A DNA stretch of 41,614 bases from a virus: positions 1-41,614 of IMG/VR virus record IMGVR_UViG_3300045988_061000; one strand, written 5' to 3'. The first letter of the stretch is position 1, and each line of letters starts with the position of its first letter. Below are positions 1 through 7,855 of this stretch, in pieces. Both the position numbers and the translations under genes were made by a program. A model generated the notes under the pieces. That model searched no databases. It had not been told where the DNA came from and saw only the letters and a list, made by a program, of their open reading frames with translations.

Positions 1-64
1 CACGCCATCTTGAGGGGGTGGTGAGCGTACGCTCGTGAGGGTTCAAGTCCCTCCAACCGCACCA
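1..64 (+). tRNA. 3' part of a tRNA-Leu(GAG) gene, truncated by the window edge
   Basis: Hand fold: anticodon stem CCATC/GGTGG (5-9/17-21) with loop TTGAGGG (anticodon GAG). Long variable arm GAGC-GTAC-GCTC. T arm GAGGG-TTCAAGT-CCCTC (37-53). Acceptor 3' strand CAACCGC, discriminator A, encoded CCA at 62-64. The 5' half lies outside the window. Confidence 0.7.
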
Positions 65-76
65 AGCTGATTAAAT

Positions 77-112
77 AAGGGCTTACAGGTAATTCTGTAA
101 GCCCTTATTTTT
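77..112 (+). terminator. rho-independent terminator of the tRNA gene
   Basis: 12-bp perfect stem AAGGGCTTACAG (77-88) / CTGTAAGCCCTT (95-106), 6-nt loop, then ATTTTT. Confidence 0.65.
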
Positions 113-159
113 GCTTGACATCATAAAGTCTTGCGTGGCTTGACATCATTTTGACATCA
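113..159 (+). promoter_or_regulatory. three direct copies of TTGACATCA; candidate integrase arm-type sites (P' arm)
   Basis: GCTTGACATCAT at 113-124 and 138-149, and TTGACATCA at 151-159. The 19-mer TGACATCATTTTGACATCA (141-159) recurs exactly at 41381-41399 next to attR. Confidence 0.4.
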
Positions 160-1230
160 GAATATTTTAGAGATACGTTCCACGATGTCATCTTCCATTT
201 TAGGTGTCACATGTGAGTAGGTATCCATTGTTTCTTGGAATGAAGCATGGCCTAGGCGTTCTTGTATGGCTTTCATATTGGCCCCATTTTCGATGAGAAG
301 GGTGGCGTGAGTATGTCTTGTACCATGCATAGTAAAAGATGGTTTACCGATTAAATTGGCATACTTCTTACATAACTTGCTGACTTCATCAGGACAACGG
401 GGACCGCCTTTTATACCAGGAAATACAAGGTTATTATTAATCCAGTTCATTGTTTTTATTCTACGCTTATCAATGATTGTTTTATGCTTCATAAGTTCCT
501 GAAGTGTTTCCGTATCAATGGCAATAATCCGTTTTGAGGATGCCGTTTTAGTTGTATTGGATATAACTGCAGTTGATCCGATTTTGAGTGCTGTTTGTGA
601 AATAGATATAGTTGATTTCTTAAAATCGATATCAGACCATCGTAAGCCTAATAATTCAGACCGACGCATACCTGTTGCAAATGCTAATTTAAAGAGTGCA
701 TGATGTTCTGTGTTCGATATATTCGATAAAAAGTCTTTAACTTCATCTGCAGTTAGCGTTACCATATGTCTGACTTTTACTTGCTTTGGTCTGTCTATGT
801 TTTTCATATAGTTTTTAGGGATAATGTCATCTTTTACCGCCTGCTCTAATATGGATCCTAGAATTGTCATGGTGTAGGATATAGTCCTTGATGACAATCC
901 ATCCATTGATTCAAATACATACCGTAATGTATTAGGTTTAATTTCGGCTAACTTTACACCGCCGATTTTATCTCTGATATAGCGATTGATAATTCCTGTA
1001 TAGCTTTGATATGTGGCAGGGGTTATAGTCTTTTCCTTTAGATTCAACCATATATTAATCCAGGTGTTTAATGAAATAGTATCGTCGAAATTAGCACATG
1101 CTTGATTTGTATTTACGTATTTCTCCATGGATTCTATGGCAGCTTTTTTGGTAGTACCATAAAAGTATTTTCGCTTACCATTTATCATCTTGGATACTTG
1201 GTAGCGTCCATCGGCTCGTTTTTTAGCCAT
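157..1230 (-). CDS. int: phage tyrosine integrase
   Basis: 357-aa ORF adjacent to attL. Catalytic signature present: GMRRSEL (Arg), HGTRHTHATLL (His-x-x-Arg), LGHASFQETMDTYSHV (His, Tyr). N-terminal basic arm-binding-like region. Confidence 0.9.
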   Translation of the reverse strand: MAKKRADGRYQVSKMINGKRKYFYGTTKKAAIESMEKYVNTNQACANFDDTISLNTWINIWLNLKEKTITPATYQSYTGIINRYIRDKIGGVKLAEIKPNTLRYVFESMDGLSSRTISYTMTILGSILEQAVKDDIIPKNYMKNIDRPKQVKVRHMVTLTADEVKDFLSNISNTEHHALFKLAFATGMRRSELLGLRWSDIDFKKSTISISQTALKIGSTAVISNTTKTASSKRIIAIDTETLQELMKHKTIIDKRRIKTMNWINNNLVFPGIKGGPRCPDEVSKLCKKYANLIGKPSFTMHGTRHTHATLLIENGANMKAIQERLGHASFQETMDTYSHVTPKMEDDIVERISKIF

Positions 1231-1333
1231 AAAAATAACCTCCTTGGCATAATAAATAAGCCTTAGAGGTTTTATGTGATATAATAATATTGGAGTAAAA
1301 ATGAAGTACCTCTAAGGTATGAAGTTTTTAATG

Positions 1334-1363
1334 GCCCTCACTGCGGTGAGGGCTTATTTTTTT
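1334..1363 (+). terminator. GC-rich hairpin with T tract between int and the SWIM gene
   Basis: GCCCTCAC-TGCG-GTGAGGGC followed by TTATTTTTTT. The T tract is on the + strand, so its role for the minus-strand gene 1378..2484 is uncertain. Confidence 0.35.
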
Positions 1364-1377
1364 ATTCAAAATTATAA

Positions 1378-2484
1378 TCATACTTTGTTAATAAAGTATC
1401 GATTACCTTGTTTTACTTGTTGTAACTTACCTTCCTTTATTAAAGCATTACATAAACGTTTACCATATGATGTGTTATCAGGAAATAGTGATTTAATGAA
1501 ACTAGCTTGTGCTATTGGCTCGTGAGAAATTGCTGATAATATAGATTTTTTATCAATACGTTCTTGTTTAACTCTATTTTTCTCTTCTACAACTGCTTTT
1601 TGTTCTTCATTATAATCATAGGCATTATCAGGGTAGTCATTTAATAAGAATGATTGAATTTGGTCTCGAGTATCATCAAAGTCACTGCTATGCATAGAAT
1701 TATATTCATCAACACCACAGGCACCTTTTGAATAGAGGAATTCTTTAAATTGAACAAGATGATTTTGTATTTGAGATACTATAGTAACAATCTTATTAAT
1801 AGCGTGTTGATCGTATAGCTTATCTATTAATTCATCAGATTTATCAATATATCTTGATTCTTTATTATCATAACTAGTTGAGCTGAAGTAATCAGCATTA
1901 CCATTAAAATTTGGAATTGGTAACTCAGGTTCATCAATGATGGATAGAATATTAGATATATCAGTTGCAGATAATCTAAATTTATCTAGCTCTATTTCAT
2001 GTAAACGATTAAGTTCAGAAAGTTCTTCAGCTGCTTTTGCATCTTGAATAGCTTTTTCTTCTATTTCAGTATCTGTATGAATATGTGCAGAAATAATTCC
2101 ATTTTCAATAGCTAATCTACACATATGTTTACATGGATAATCGAAATTTGTATTTTGACGATTTTGAAAGTCAGCACAGGTACAACTAGATAGTGTCACT
2201 ATATATGGTTGAGGTTGAGTGCCAGAAATATAACAAAAGTCGTCGTTCATTTTAATCGATTGAGAAGAAATCCATGTAGCACGTTCAATTCTATGTTGAA
2301 AAGAATTGTTGTTAGAAGCTAACCAGTGATTCCAATACTCATCGATAGATAGTTCATGACTATGGTTAGAAATAGGTACGTGATTAAAATTAGACTTTAC
2401 TTCGAAAGATAATTCAATAGTATCTGTGGTATTATCAGATTTCTTTGTAAAACAACTAAATAAACGTTTTAAAAACTTTAACAT
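1378..2484 (-). CDS. SWIM zinc-finger protein of unknown function (moron between int and repressor)
   Basis: 368-aa ORF. Contains the CxCx(n)CxH motif C-T-C-ADFQNRQNTNFDYP-C-K-H. Central acidic coiled-coil-like region. Very AT-rich relative to its neighbours. Confidence 0.6.
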   Translation of the reverse strand: MLKFLKRLFSCFTKKSDNTTDTIELSFEVKSNFNHVPISNHSHELSIDEYWNHWLASNNNSFQHRIERATWISSQSIKMNDDFCYISGTQPQPYIVTLSSCTCADFQNRQNTNFDYPCKHMCRLAIENGIISAHIHTDTEIEEKAIQDAKAAEELSELNRLHEIELDKFRLSATDISNILSIIDEPELPIPNFNGNADYFSSTSYDNKESRYIDKSDELIDKLYDQHAINKIVTIVSQIQNHLVQFKEFLYSKGACGVDEYNSMHSSDFDDTRDQIQSFLLNDYPDNAYDYNEEQKAVVEEKNRVKQERIDKKSILSAISHEPIAQASFIKSLFPDNTSYGKRLCNALIKEGKLQQVKQGNRYFINKV

Positions 2485-2508
2485 AATAACATCTCCCCAG
2501 TTATATAG

Positions 2509-2784
2509 TTAAATAATGTGATGATAAAAGTCGATTCCGTTAAGGTCACCATCTTCAATTTGGGACATCCTAACCATACGCTCAACTAAATTAACGTGAT
2601 GATCAACATAAAAGTCATCACGAATGATATGAATTAGCTCGTGCTTTATTTCCTCCCTCATGCGGTCGTGAGGGAGATTTTTATTGATGTAGATATTATG
2701 AGTATCTACGTCCTCTGATTCTTCAGAAACTGCTTTTGCATTTGGTAAATCACAATAAATAAGGTTAATAACCAATACTACCAC
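2509..2784 (-). CDS. short ImmA/IrrE-like metallopeptidase
   Basis: 91-aa ORF with the HEXXH motif (HELIH), immediately downstream of and co-oriented with the XRE repressor, as in ImmR/ImmA pairs. Confidence 0.55.
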   Translation of the reverse strand: MVVLVINLIYCDLPNAKAVSEESEDVDTHNIYINKNLPHDRMREEIKHELIHIIRDDFYVDHHVNLVERMVRMSQIEDGDLNGIDFYHHII

Positions 2785-2799
2785 TCTCCCTTGTGTGTA

Positions 2800-3198
2800 T
2801 TACTTATGTTTAGATTTTAAGAACTCTATGTATTTAACTGTTTCTTCCATCTCCTCTTTAGTAATGTCTTTAGCTGCAGAAAAGAGCATGCGTGCGCCTG
2901 GGCGTGTACGTAGATATTCCGCAAATTCAGCAGTTTCAGGATCTACATAGTAACCTTCAGCTTTGTCAGATATAATAGATTCATTTTGTTGATGCGGTTC
3001 TTGCCAACCCATTAGATATGCCGGTGTAGTATTCAATGCTTTAGCTAAAGGTTCAAGTACATCGATTGGCATATTTTCAATATCACCATTTTCATATCTA
3101 TATATAGTAGCTCTATTTTTATTTAATAATTTAGCTAATGCATCTGCAGTATAGCCTAGCTCTAATCTACGTTGTTTAATACGTTCTCCGATTCTCAT
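2800..3198 (-). CDS. XRE/CI-type prophage repressor
   Basis: 132-aa ORF. N-terminal HTH_3-like segment (RIKQRRLELGYTADALAKLLNKNRATIYRYENG). Divergent from a Cro-like gene. Confidence 0.85.
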   Translation of the reverse strand: MRIGERIKQRRLELGYTADALAKLLNKNRATIYRYENGDIENMPIDVLEPLAKALNTTPAYLMGWQEPHQQNESIISDKAEGYYVDPETAEFAEYLRTRPGARMLFSAAKDITKEEMEETVKYIEFLKSKHK

Positions 3199-3280
3199 AT
3201 GAAAACCTCACTTTCTATTTGATTACATAATACAATACAATTCGCAAAAATGCAATAAATATTTTTAAACAAAGCATAAA

Positions 3281-3363
3281 ATCGCATAAAGTGCGAAATA
3301 AGTTGTTGACATGCAATTTTCAATAGGGTAATATCTAGTTAAAGAAAGTCGCATATAAGCGAC
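3281..3363. promoter_or_regulatory. genetic-switch region with operator-like palindromes
   Basis: TCGCATAAAGTGCGA (3281-3295) and GTCGCATATAAGCGAC (3348-3363) share the pattern TCGCA-N5/6-(T/G)GCGA. A third copy, GTCGCATAATGTGCGAC, lies at 3596-3612. Copies two and three are each followed by AAATA. Confidence 0.5.
3306..3334 (+). promoter_or_regulatory. sigma-70-type early rightward promoter
   Basis: TTGACA (3306-3311), 17-nt spacer, TAATAT (3329-3334), upstream of the Cro-like gene. Confidence 0.5.
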
Positions 3364-3385
3364 AAATAATAAAAGGGGGATAGAA

Positions 3386-3604
3386 ATGGTAAACATTAGA
3401 AAATTGAAAGCTAAGTTAGTGGAAAATGATATTTCTATTATTGAACTAGCTAATATCATTGGTGTTGATAAATCTACAGTTTATAGAAAACTCAATAAAT
3501 CCGGAGAAAATTTTACCGTAAAAGATGTAGAGAAAATTTCTAAAGCACTATCATTAACGTATAAAGATATTAATGATATTTTTTTTACCAATGTAGTCGC
3601 ATAA
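3386..3604 (+). CDS. Cro-like HTH regulator
   Basis: 72-aa ORF. RBS GGGGGA lies upstream. HTH segment ISIIELANIIGVDKSTVYRKLN. Divergent from the repressor. Confidence 0.8.
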   Translation: MVNIRKLKAKLVENDISIIELANIIGVDKSTVYRKLNKSGENFTVKDVEKISKALSLTYKDINDIFFTNVVA

Positions 3605-3612
3605 TGTGCGAC
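3596..3612. promoter_or_regulatory. third operator-like palindrome
   Basis: GTCGCATAATGTGCGAC spans the cro stop codon. It belongs to the same family as the sites at 3281 and 3348. Confidence 0.4.
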
Positions 3613-3632
3613 AAATATCAAAGGAGGTAACT

Positions 3633-3845
3633 ATGAATAGCAATCGGCTTGATACAAAATTTTGCCTTACCGTTGAAGAAGCGGCAGAGCAAGCCAGTGT
3701 AGCACCTGCTGTAATTCGCCAATGGGCGGAAGACTTTGATTTTCCGTCCATGAAGATTGGTGAGCGTGGTGGTAAAAGATTAATTCATTCGCGGTTATTT
3801 GATGAGTGGTTGGCCAAACGGTGCCAGGCACGAATTGGAGAATAG
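3633..3845 (+). CDS. excisionase-family (MerR-like) HTH DNA-binding protein
   Basis: Start chosen at the ATG after RBS AAGGAGG. LTVEEAAEQASVAPAVIRQWAED...GGKRLIHSRLFDEWL resembles excisionase-type HTH domains. Confidence 0.6.
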   Translation: MNSNRLDTKFCLTVEEAAEQASVAPAVIRQWAEDFDFPSMKIGERGGKRLIHSRLFDEWLAKRCQARIGE

Positions 3846-3861
3846 AAAGGAAGTGAAAAAT

Positions 3862-4026
3862 ATGAAATGGGTATCAGCTATGCTATGCATTGTGGCATAT
3901 GGAATCATTGAAGGCTCCGATGTGCAGGGGTACGAATTGACATCAGCCACATGGGCTTTATTAATCGTGTGCATGATAGCTGCAATAAGCATTATGTTTC
4001 ATGAACTAAAAAAGGACGTCCACTAA
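3862..4026 (+). CDS. small membrane protein (two hydrophobic segments)
   Basis: 54 aa from the ATG at 3862, after GGAAGGAAG. Sequence begins MKWVSAMLCIVAYGII and contains ALLIVCMIAAISIMF. Confidence 0.45.
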   Translation: MKWVSAMLCIVAYGIIEGSDVQGYELTSATWALLIVCMIAAISIMFHELKKDVH

Positions 4027-4091
4027 CTGGCATTAGTAGAACGTCCACAGTTAAAAATTAACCAATTTGATTATATCACAGGAGATTAACA

Positions 4092-5771
4092 ATGAATACA
4101 AATAAAAAAGCGATGGTAACAGCATTAGCAATTAGTTCCTTGGCGGTCAATGTATTGGCTGCTGACAATAACTTTGTAGGTGGTACAGATAATATCGTAG
4201 AAACTGGTGTTAAAAGTGCAGGCGTTGTAGGGTATCAAAATACTATTAAAGGGAATAATGCGGTAGCATTCGGTGAAAACAATATTGCAGCTGGTACGAA
4301 TTCATTCGCAGGCGGTAATGATAGTAAAGCGTTAGGCCGTGATAGTTTTGCCTACGGGGCACATGCAGAAGCTACTGTTGAATATACAGTAGCCATCGGC
4401 AGTCAAGCTCGGACTGCTGCATACAATACCATTGCTATTGGTAATGGTGCTTATGCAAATGGTGAGTCAACAGTAGTATTAGGTAGAACTAATACCGTAA
4501 ACGCTGAAAATGCGACGGTAGTTGGCTCTAATAATGGAGCAGTCGCAAGCGGTCATGGTGTAGTTGTTGGTTATAACAACAAGGTTCAAGGCTCTGATAA
4601 AGAAATGTTGGCTTTTGGCTCTAATAATACTGTTCAAAATCAAGGTGCTACTGTTTTAGGTTCTCACGGTCAAGCGGTGGCAGTAGATAGTTTGGCCCTC
4701 GGTAATAATACTGTAGCCGATGTGCAAAATTCTGTAGCGTTGGGAACTAACTCAACTACAGAAGAAGTAGTATCTACCAATCATATTTACATCAATGGTG
4801 AAAAATATGACTTTGCAGGTGGAGTAGCTAACAGCACTGTATCAATTGGAGCTAATAATAAAGCTGGTAATGGTGGCGTTCAAAACTATAAGCGAACACT
4901 AACCAACGTGGCAGCAGGTAGAGTAGATGGTACATCTACCGACGCAATTAACGGCTCTCAATTAAATGCGGTGATTAACGCTCTTAAATTTACTACAGTT
5001 GCCGAAGGAGCAAATACAACTGTTACACAATCAACAAATATTGATGGCGGGAAAGAGTTCGCGGTTCATGTGAATAAAGACATGGTTAACATGAATTCCG
5101 TTCAATTTGGCACGGTTAATGATCCACAACATAACTATATTGGCAAGAATGGTAGCCATGTATTTAATGGAGAAATTAACTCCGATTATGGGGCTAATGG
5201 CTTCAAAGTAGAAAACACAGACAATTTAGACAATGCTCAATTCAATATAGATGGAATGGTTGCTGATAGTAACGGCAAGCATATTGAGTTCACAACTCAA
5301 AATATCACTGCAGGTAGCCAACAACTACACGATGTTGCGGATGGAGTTGCAGATACTGATGCGGTTAACATGCGTCAATTAAGAGCGCAAAACCAAGTAG
5401 GCATGGCTCAAATCAATCAAACAAATGCACGTCTAAATAAATTAGGCGCAAGCTCCGCAGCACTTGCTGGATTGCATCCGCTTGACTTTAACAGAAATGA
5501 TAAGGTCAGCTACGCAATCTCTTATGGGCATTACCGCAACAGTAACGCGGTGGCTCTTGGTGTATTCGCTAGACCTAATGAAAGGGTGATGATTGGTGTA
5601 GGGGCAACATTAGGCGCCGAAAACCAGTACACCATTAATCTTGCCTTTAAGACAGGCAAAGGCTCTGATTATGTTCAAGAAGCTAAGGATGCACAAAGCA
5701 GAATTAGTAAACTTGAAGCACTCGTAAATCAATTAGTTGAAGAAGTAGAACTTAGTAAACAATCAAAATGA
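4092..5771 (+). CDS. YadA-type trimeric autotransporter adhesin
   Basis: 559 aa. Signal peptide MNTNKKAMVTALAISSLAVNVLA. Degenerate head repeats (NxxAxGxxSxAxG) are present. Also has the stalk/neck motifs DAINGSQLNAV and TDAVNMRQLRA. Four-strand anchor ALAGLHPLDF...YAISYGHYRNSNAVALGVFARPNERVMIGVGATLG...YTINLAFKTG. About 40 aa of coiled-coil-like sequence follows the anchor. Confidence 0.85.
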   Translation: MNTNKKAMVTALAISSLAVNVLAADNNFVGGTDNIVETGVKSAGVVGYQNTIKGNNAVAFGENNIAAGTNSFAGGNDSKALGRDSFAYGAHAEATVEYTVAIGSQARTAAYNTIAIGNGAYANGESTVVLGRTNTVNAENATVVGSNNGAVASGHGVVVGYNNKVQGSDKEMLAFGSNNTVQNQGATVLGSHGQAVAVDSLALGNNTVADVQNSVALGTNSTTEEVVSTNHIYINGEKYDFAGGVANSTVSIGANNKAGNGGVQNYKRTLTNVAAGRVDGTSTDAINGSQLNAVINALKFTTVAEGANTTVTQSTNIDGGKEFAVHVNKDMVNMNSVQFGTVNDPQHNYIGKNGSHVFNGEINSDYGANGFKVENTDNLDNAQFNIDGMVADSNGKHIEFTTQNITAGSQQLHDVADGVADTDAVNMRQLRAQNQVGMAQINQTNARLNKLGASSAALAGLHPLDFNRNDKVSYAISYGHYRNSNAVALGVFARPNERVMIGVGATLGAENQYTINLAFKTGKGSDYVQEAKDAQSRISKLEALVNQLVEEVELSKQSK

Positions 5772-6106
5772 TGAATGGTGCAGATTTATATAGTTATTTA
5801 CAAGACAAACAATTAGAACTCAATAAAGCATTGCGTTTAGCCAAAGATAGAGGGATTGATTTGGCAAATGCTGAGTATGCTTATAAAAAGGCCAAGGCTA
5901 AATTTATAGCCTCGGCCAGATTGGAAAAAGTAGCAGTTACATTGATACGTGATCTAGCACAGGGAGATGAATATATTGCTGAGCTTAGGTTAAGAAGAGA
6001 TACCGCTAAGGTACTTTATTTAAATGCACAGGAAGCAATTAATGTATTCAAACTACAGTGCCGATTAGTAGAAGCACAACTAAAAAGGGAGTGGCAAGAT
6101 GGATGA
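5768..6106 (+). CDS. hypothetical helical protein
   Basis: 112-aa ORF translationally coupled (ATGA overlap) to the adhesin gene. Confidence 0.55.
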   Translation: MMNGADLYSYLQDKQLELNKALRLAKDRGIDLANAEYAYKKAKAKFIASARLEKVAVTLIRDLAQGDEYIAELRLRRDTAKVLYLNAQEAINVFKLQCRLVEAQLKREWQDG

Positions 6107-6272
6107 CTGGTACAACCAATTAACTAACATGGAATGCCCAATATGTGGAAAACAAATACATTGTGCAATTGTATGTCATAAAGAAAAGAAGCGTGTATGT
6201 GATACATGTTGTAGTGAATGCCAATACCTAATGAGATATCAAGGTGAATGGCATTGTGAATTTAATAAATAA
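6099..6272 (+). CDS. small Cys-rich (zinc-ribbon-like) protein, 57 aa
   Basis: Hand translation: MDDWYNQLTNMECPICGKQIHCAIVCHKEKKRVCDTCCSECQYLMRYQGEWHCEFNK. It overlaps the previous stop codon. Below the ORF-track size cutoff. Confidence 0.4.
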   Translation: MDDWYNQLTNMECPICGKQIHCAIVCHKEKKRVCDTCCSECQYLMRYQGEWHCEFNK

Positions 6273-6276
6273 AAAA

Positions 6277-6298
6277 CCGCCGTGCTATAACACGGCGG
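6277..6298 (+). terminator. GC-rich hairpin ending the early-left/adhesin block
   Basis: CCGCCGTG-CTATAA-CACGGCGG directly after the stop at 6272. There is no clear T tract. Confidence 0.4.
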
Positions 6299-6447
6299 TC
6301 ATTAAGTAGTTATATGAGAATATAACCATAAATAATCCTATTTATAGTTTACCTCATATATAGAGAAAAGTCTAGTAAAAATGCGGTTTCAACTGCATTT
6401 GTGGGACTTGATAGATATATTAACAACTCGACATAAGGGGTAAATAA

Positions 6448-7230
6448 ATGCGTAGGAGAACAGTAATAGAATCGAAGAATATTAGAGAGGTTACAGATTC
6501 AATTACGGGTAATTCATATCTAGGGAAAATAGGAAAGAAGTCTAGAAGTGAAAAACAACATGTAACACCTGAAATGATTCGTAAAAATAATATACGTATT
6601 GCTGAAAAGAGGTTGAGGTTATTAATAGATATGAATTTTGTAGAAGATGATTATTATCTTACACTGACATTTCGAGATGATCCTGATGAAACTGAAGCAA
6701 AAAATAGGATGACTAAATTTATTAGAAGATTGAGAGCAAGATTTAAGAAAGAAAATGAGCTTTGTAAATATATTTATATTATGGAACGGCAAGGCAAAAT
6801 ACACTTTCATATGCTACTTAATCAAGGTATTCGATTAAATACTAAAATTCTAAAACAGTTATGGGAATATGGATATACAAAATTAGAGCTGTACCGAGGA
6901 GAAGCTGAAGATGCAATTGGATTAGCTAAGTATTTTATAAAAGAACGAAAAATGGATATACAAGGCAGTCCAACACATGCATCCAAAAAATGGGTTTCAA
7001 GTACAAATTTAGATAAACCAAAGGTAGAAAGTAAAACTATTAAAGCTACGGAGTGGAGAAAAGAAATTAAAGTTCCACAAGGCTATTATTTGGATAAAGA
7101 TAGCGTATATGAAGGTATCAATAATTATGGATATCCATTTAGAACATATAGATTAATACGTCTTACGAAATGGAGTGAAATATATGCGAAGAGAAAATCG
7201 ACTGAGACCATGTCCATTCTGCGGGAATAA
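6448..7230 (+). CDS. HUH-superfamily rolling-circle replication initiator-like protein
   Basis: 260 aa with the three HUH Rep motifs in order: YLTLTF (motif 1), HFHMLL (HUH, motif 2), GLAKYFIKE (YxxK, motif 3). Confidence 0.55.
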   Translation: MRRRTVIESKNIREVTDSITGNSYLGKIGKKSRSEKQHVTPEMIRKNNIRIAEKRLRLLIDMNFVEDDYYLTLTFRDDPDETEAKNRMTKFIRRLRARFKKENELCKYIYIMERQGKIHFHMLLNQGIRLNTKILKQLWEYGYTKLELYRGEAEDAIGLAKYFIKERKMDIQGSPTHASKKWVSSTNLDKPKVESKTIKATEWRKEIKVPQGYYLDKDSVYEGINNYGYPFRTYRLIRLTKWSEIYAKRKSTETMSILRE

Positions 7231-7372
7231 ATCAATCAGAGTGGTAACAGGTATTAAAGTTACAGAAAAGCATCATATGGTGGTATGTGATAAGTGTTCG
7301 GCTATTGTATGTTTCGAAGAAGCGACAAAGTATTTAGCTTGTGAAAAATATTGGAATAAACGGATAGATTAG
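7175..7372 (+). CDS. Lar-family restriction-alleviation-like zinc-ribbon protein
   Basis: LRPCPFCGNKS...VVCDKCSAIVCFEEATKYLACEKYWNKR matches the Lar-type pattern CPFCG...C..C...A...WN.R. The start is uncertain because it overlaps the Rep-like gene. Confidence 0.5.
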   Translation: MKYMRRENRLRPCPFCGNKSIRVVTGIKVTEKHHMVVCDKCSAIVCFEEATKYLACEKYWNKRID

Positions 7373-7381
7373 GAGGAAATT

Positions 7382-7762
7382 ATGAATAATGTGCAATTAA
7401 TGGGAAATTTAGTGCGTGACCCAGAGTTAACTTTTACAAAAAAAGGAACACCTGTAGCAAGATTTACTATTGCTGCTAGTAATGAATATGTAGATAAGAG
7501 TACAGGTGAAGTAAAAGAACAAACGGCCTTTGTTAATTGTGTAGCGTGGAATAAGCTAGGCGAACAAGCAGGTAAGCTAATCAAAGGAAATAGATGTATT
7601 GTAAATGGAAGACTACAAACACGATCCTATGAGACTAAAGAGGGTGAAAAAAGATATGTTACTGAAGTAGTAGCAGATTTCATTGGTGATAGCTTATCGA
7701 ATAAAGATGATGAGCCAAGTAATTTCGAAACATTTGGTGATGATGAACAAATTCCCTTTTAA
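7382..7762 (+). CDS. ssb: single-stranded DNA-binding protein
   Basis: 126 aa. OB-fold signature MNNVQLMGNLVRDPEL...VAWNKLGE...NGRLQTRSYE. Acidic tail ends DDEQIPF. Confidence 0.9.
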   Translation: MNNVQLMGNLVRDPELTFTKKGTPVARFTIAASNEYVDKSTGEVKEQTAFVNCVAWNKLGEQAGKLIKGNRCIVNGRLQTRSYETKEGEKRYVTEVVADFIGDSLSNKDDEPSNFETFGDDEQIPF

Positions 7763-7855
7763 AGGCAGCGCAGAGACACTGCCAGATAAAGAAATAAAAC
7801 ATAAAACAAATGTACGATGTAATGCGAAGAGAAAAGCAGAAAGGTTGATGCGGTA

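Larger units (their letters stand above)
1..119. repeat. attL: left copy of a perfect direct repeat of at least 119 bp (right copy 41496..41614)
   Basis: Base-by-base comparison shows 1..119 identical to 41496..41614. Both copies run into the window edges, so the true length is unknown. The repeat covers the tRNA 3' part plus its terminator. Confidence 0.9.

Noticed and set aside
3799-4026. Longer version of the small membrane protein ORF starting at 3799
   Set aside because: That start overlaps the end of the excisionase-like gene and has no RBS. The ATG at 3862 follows a purine-rich RBS and yields a compact two-TM protein.
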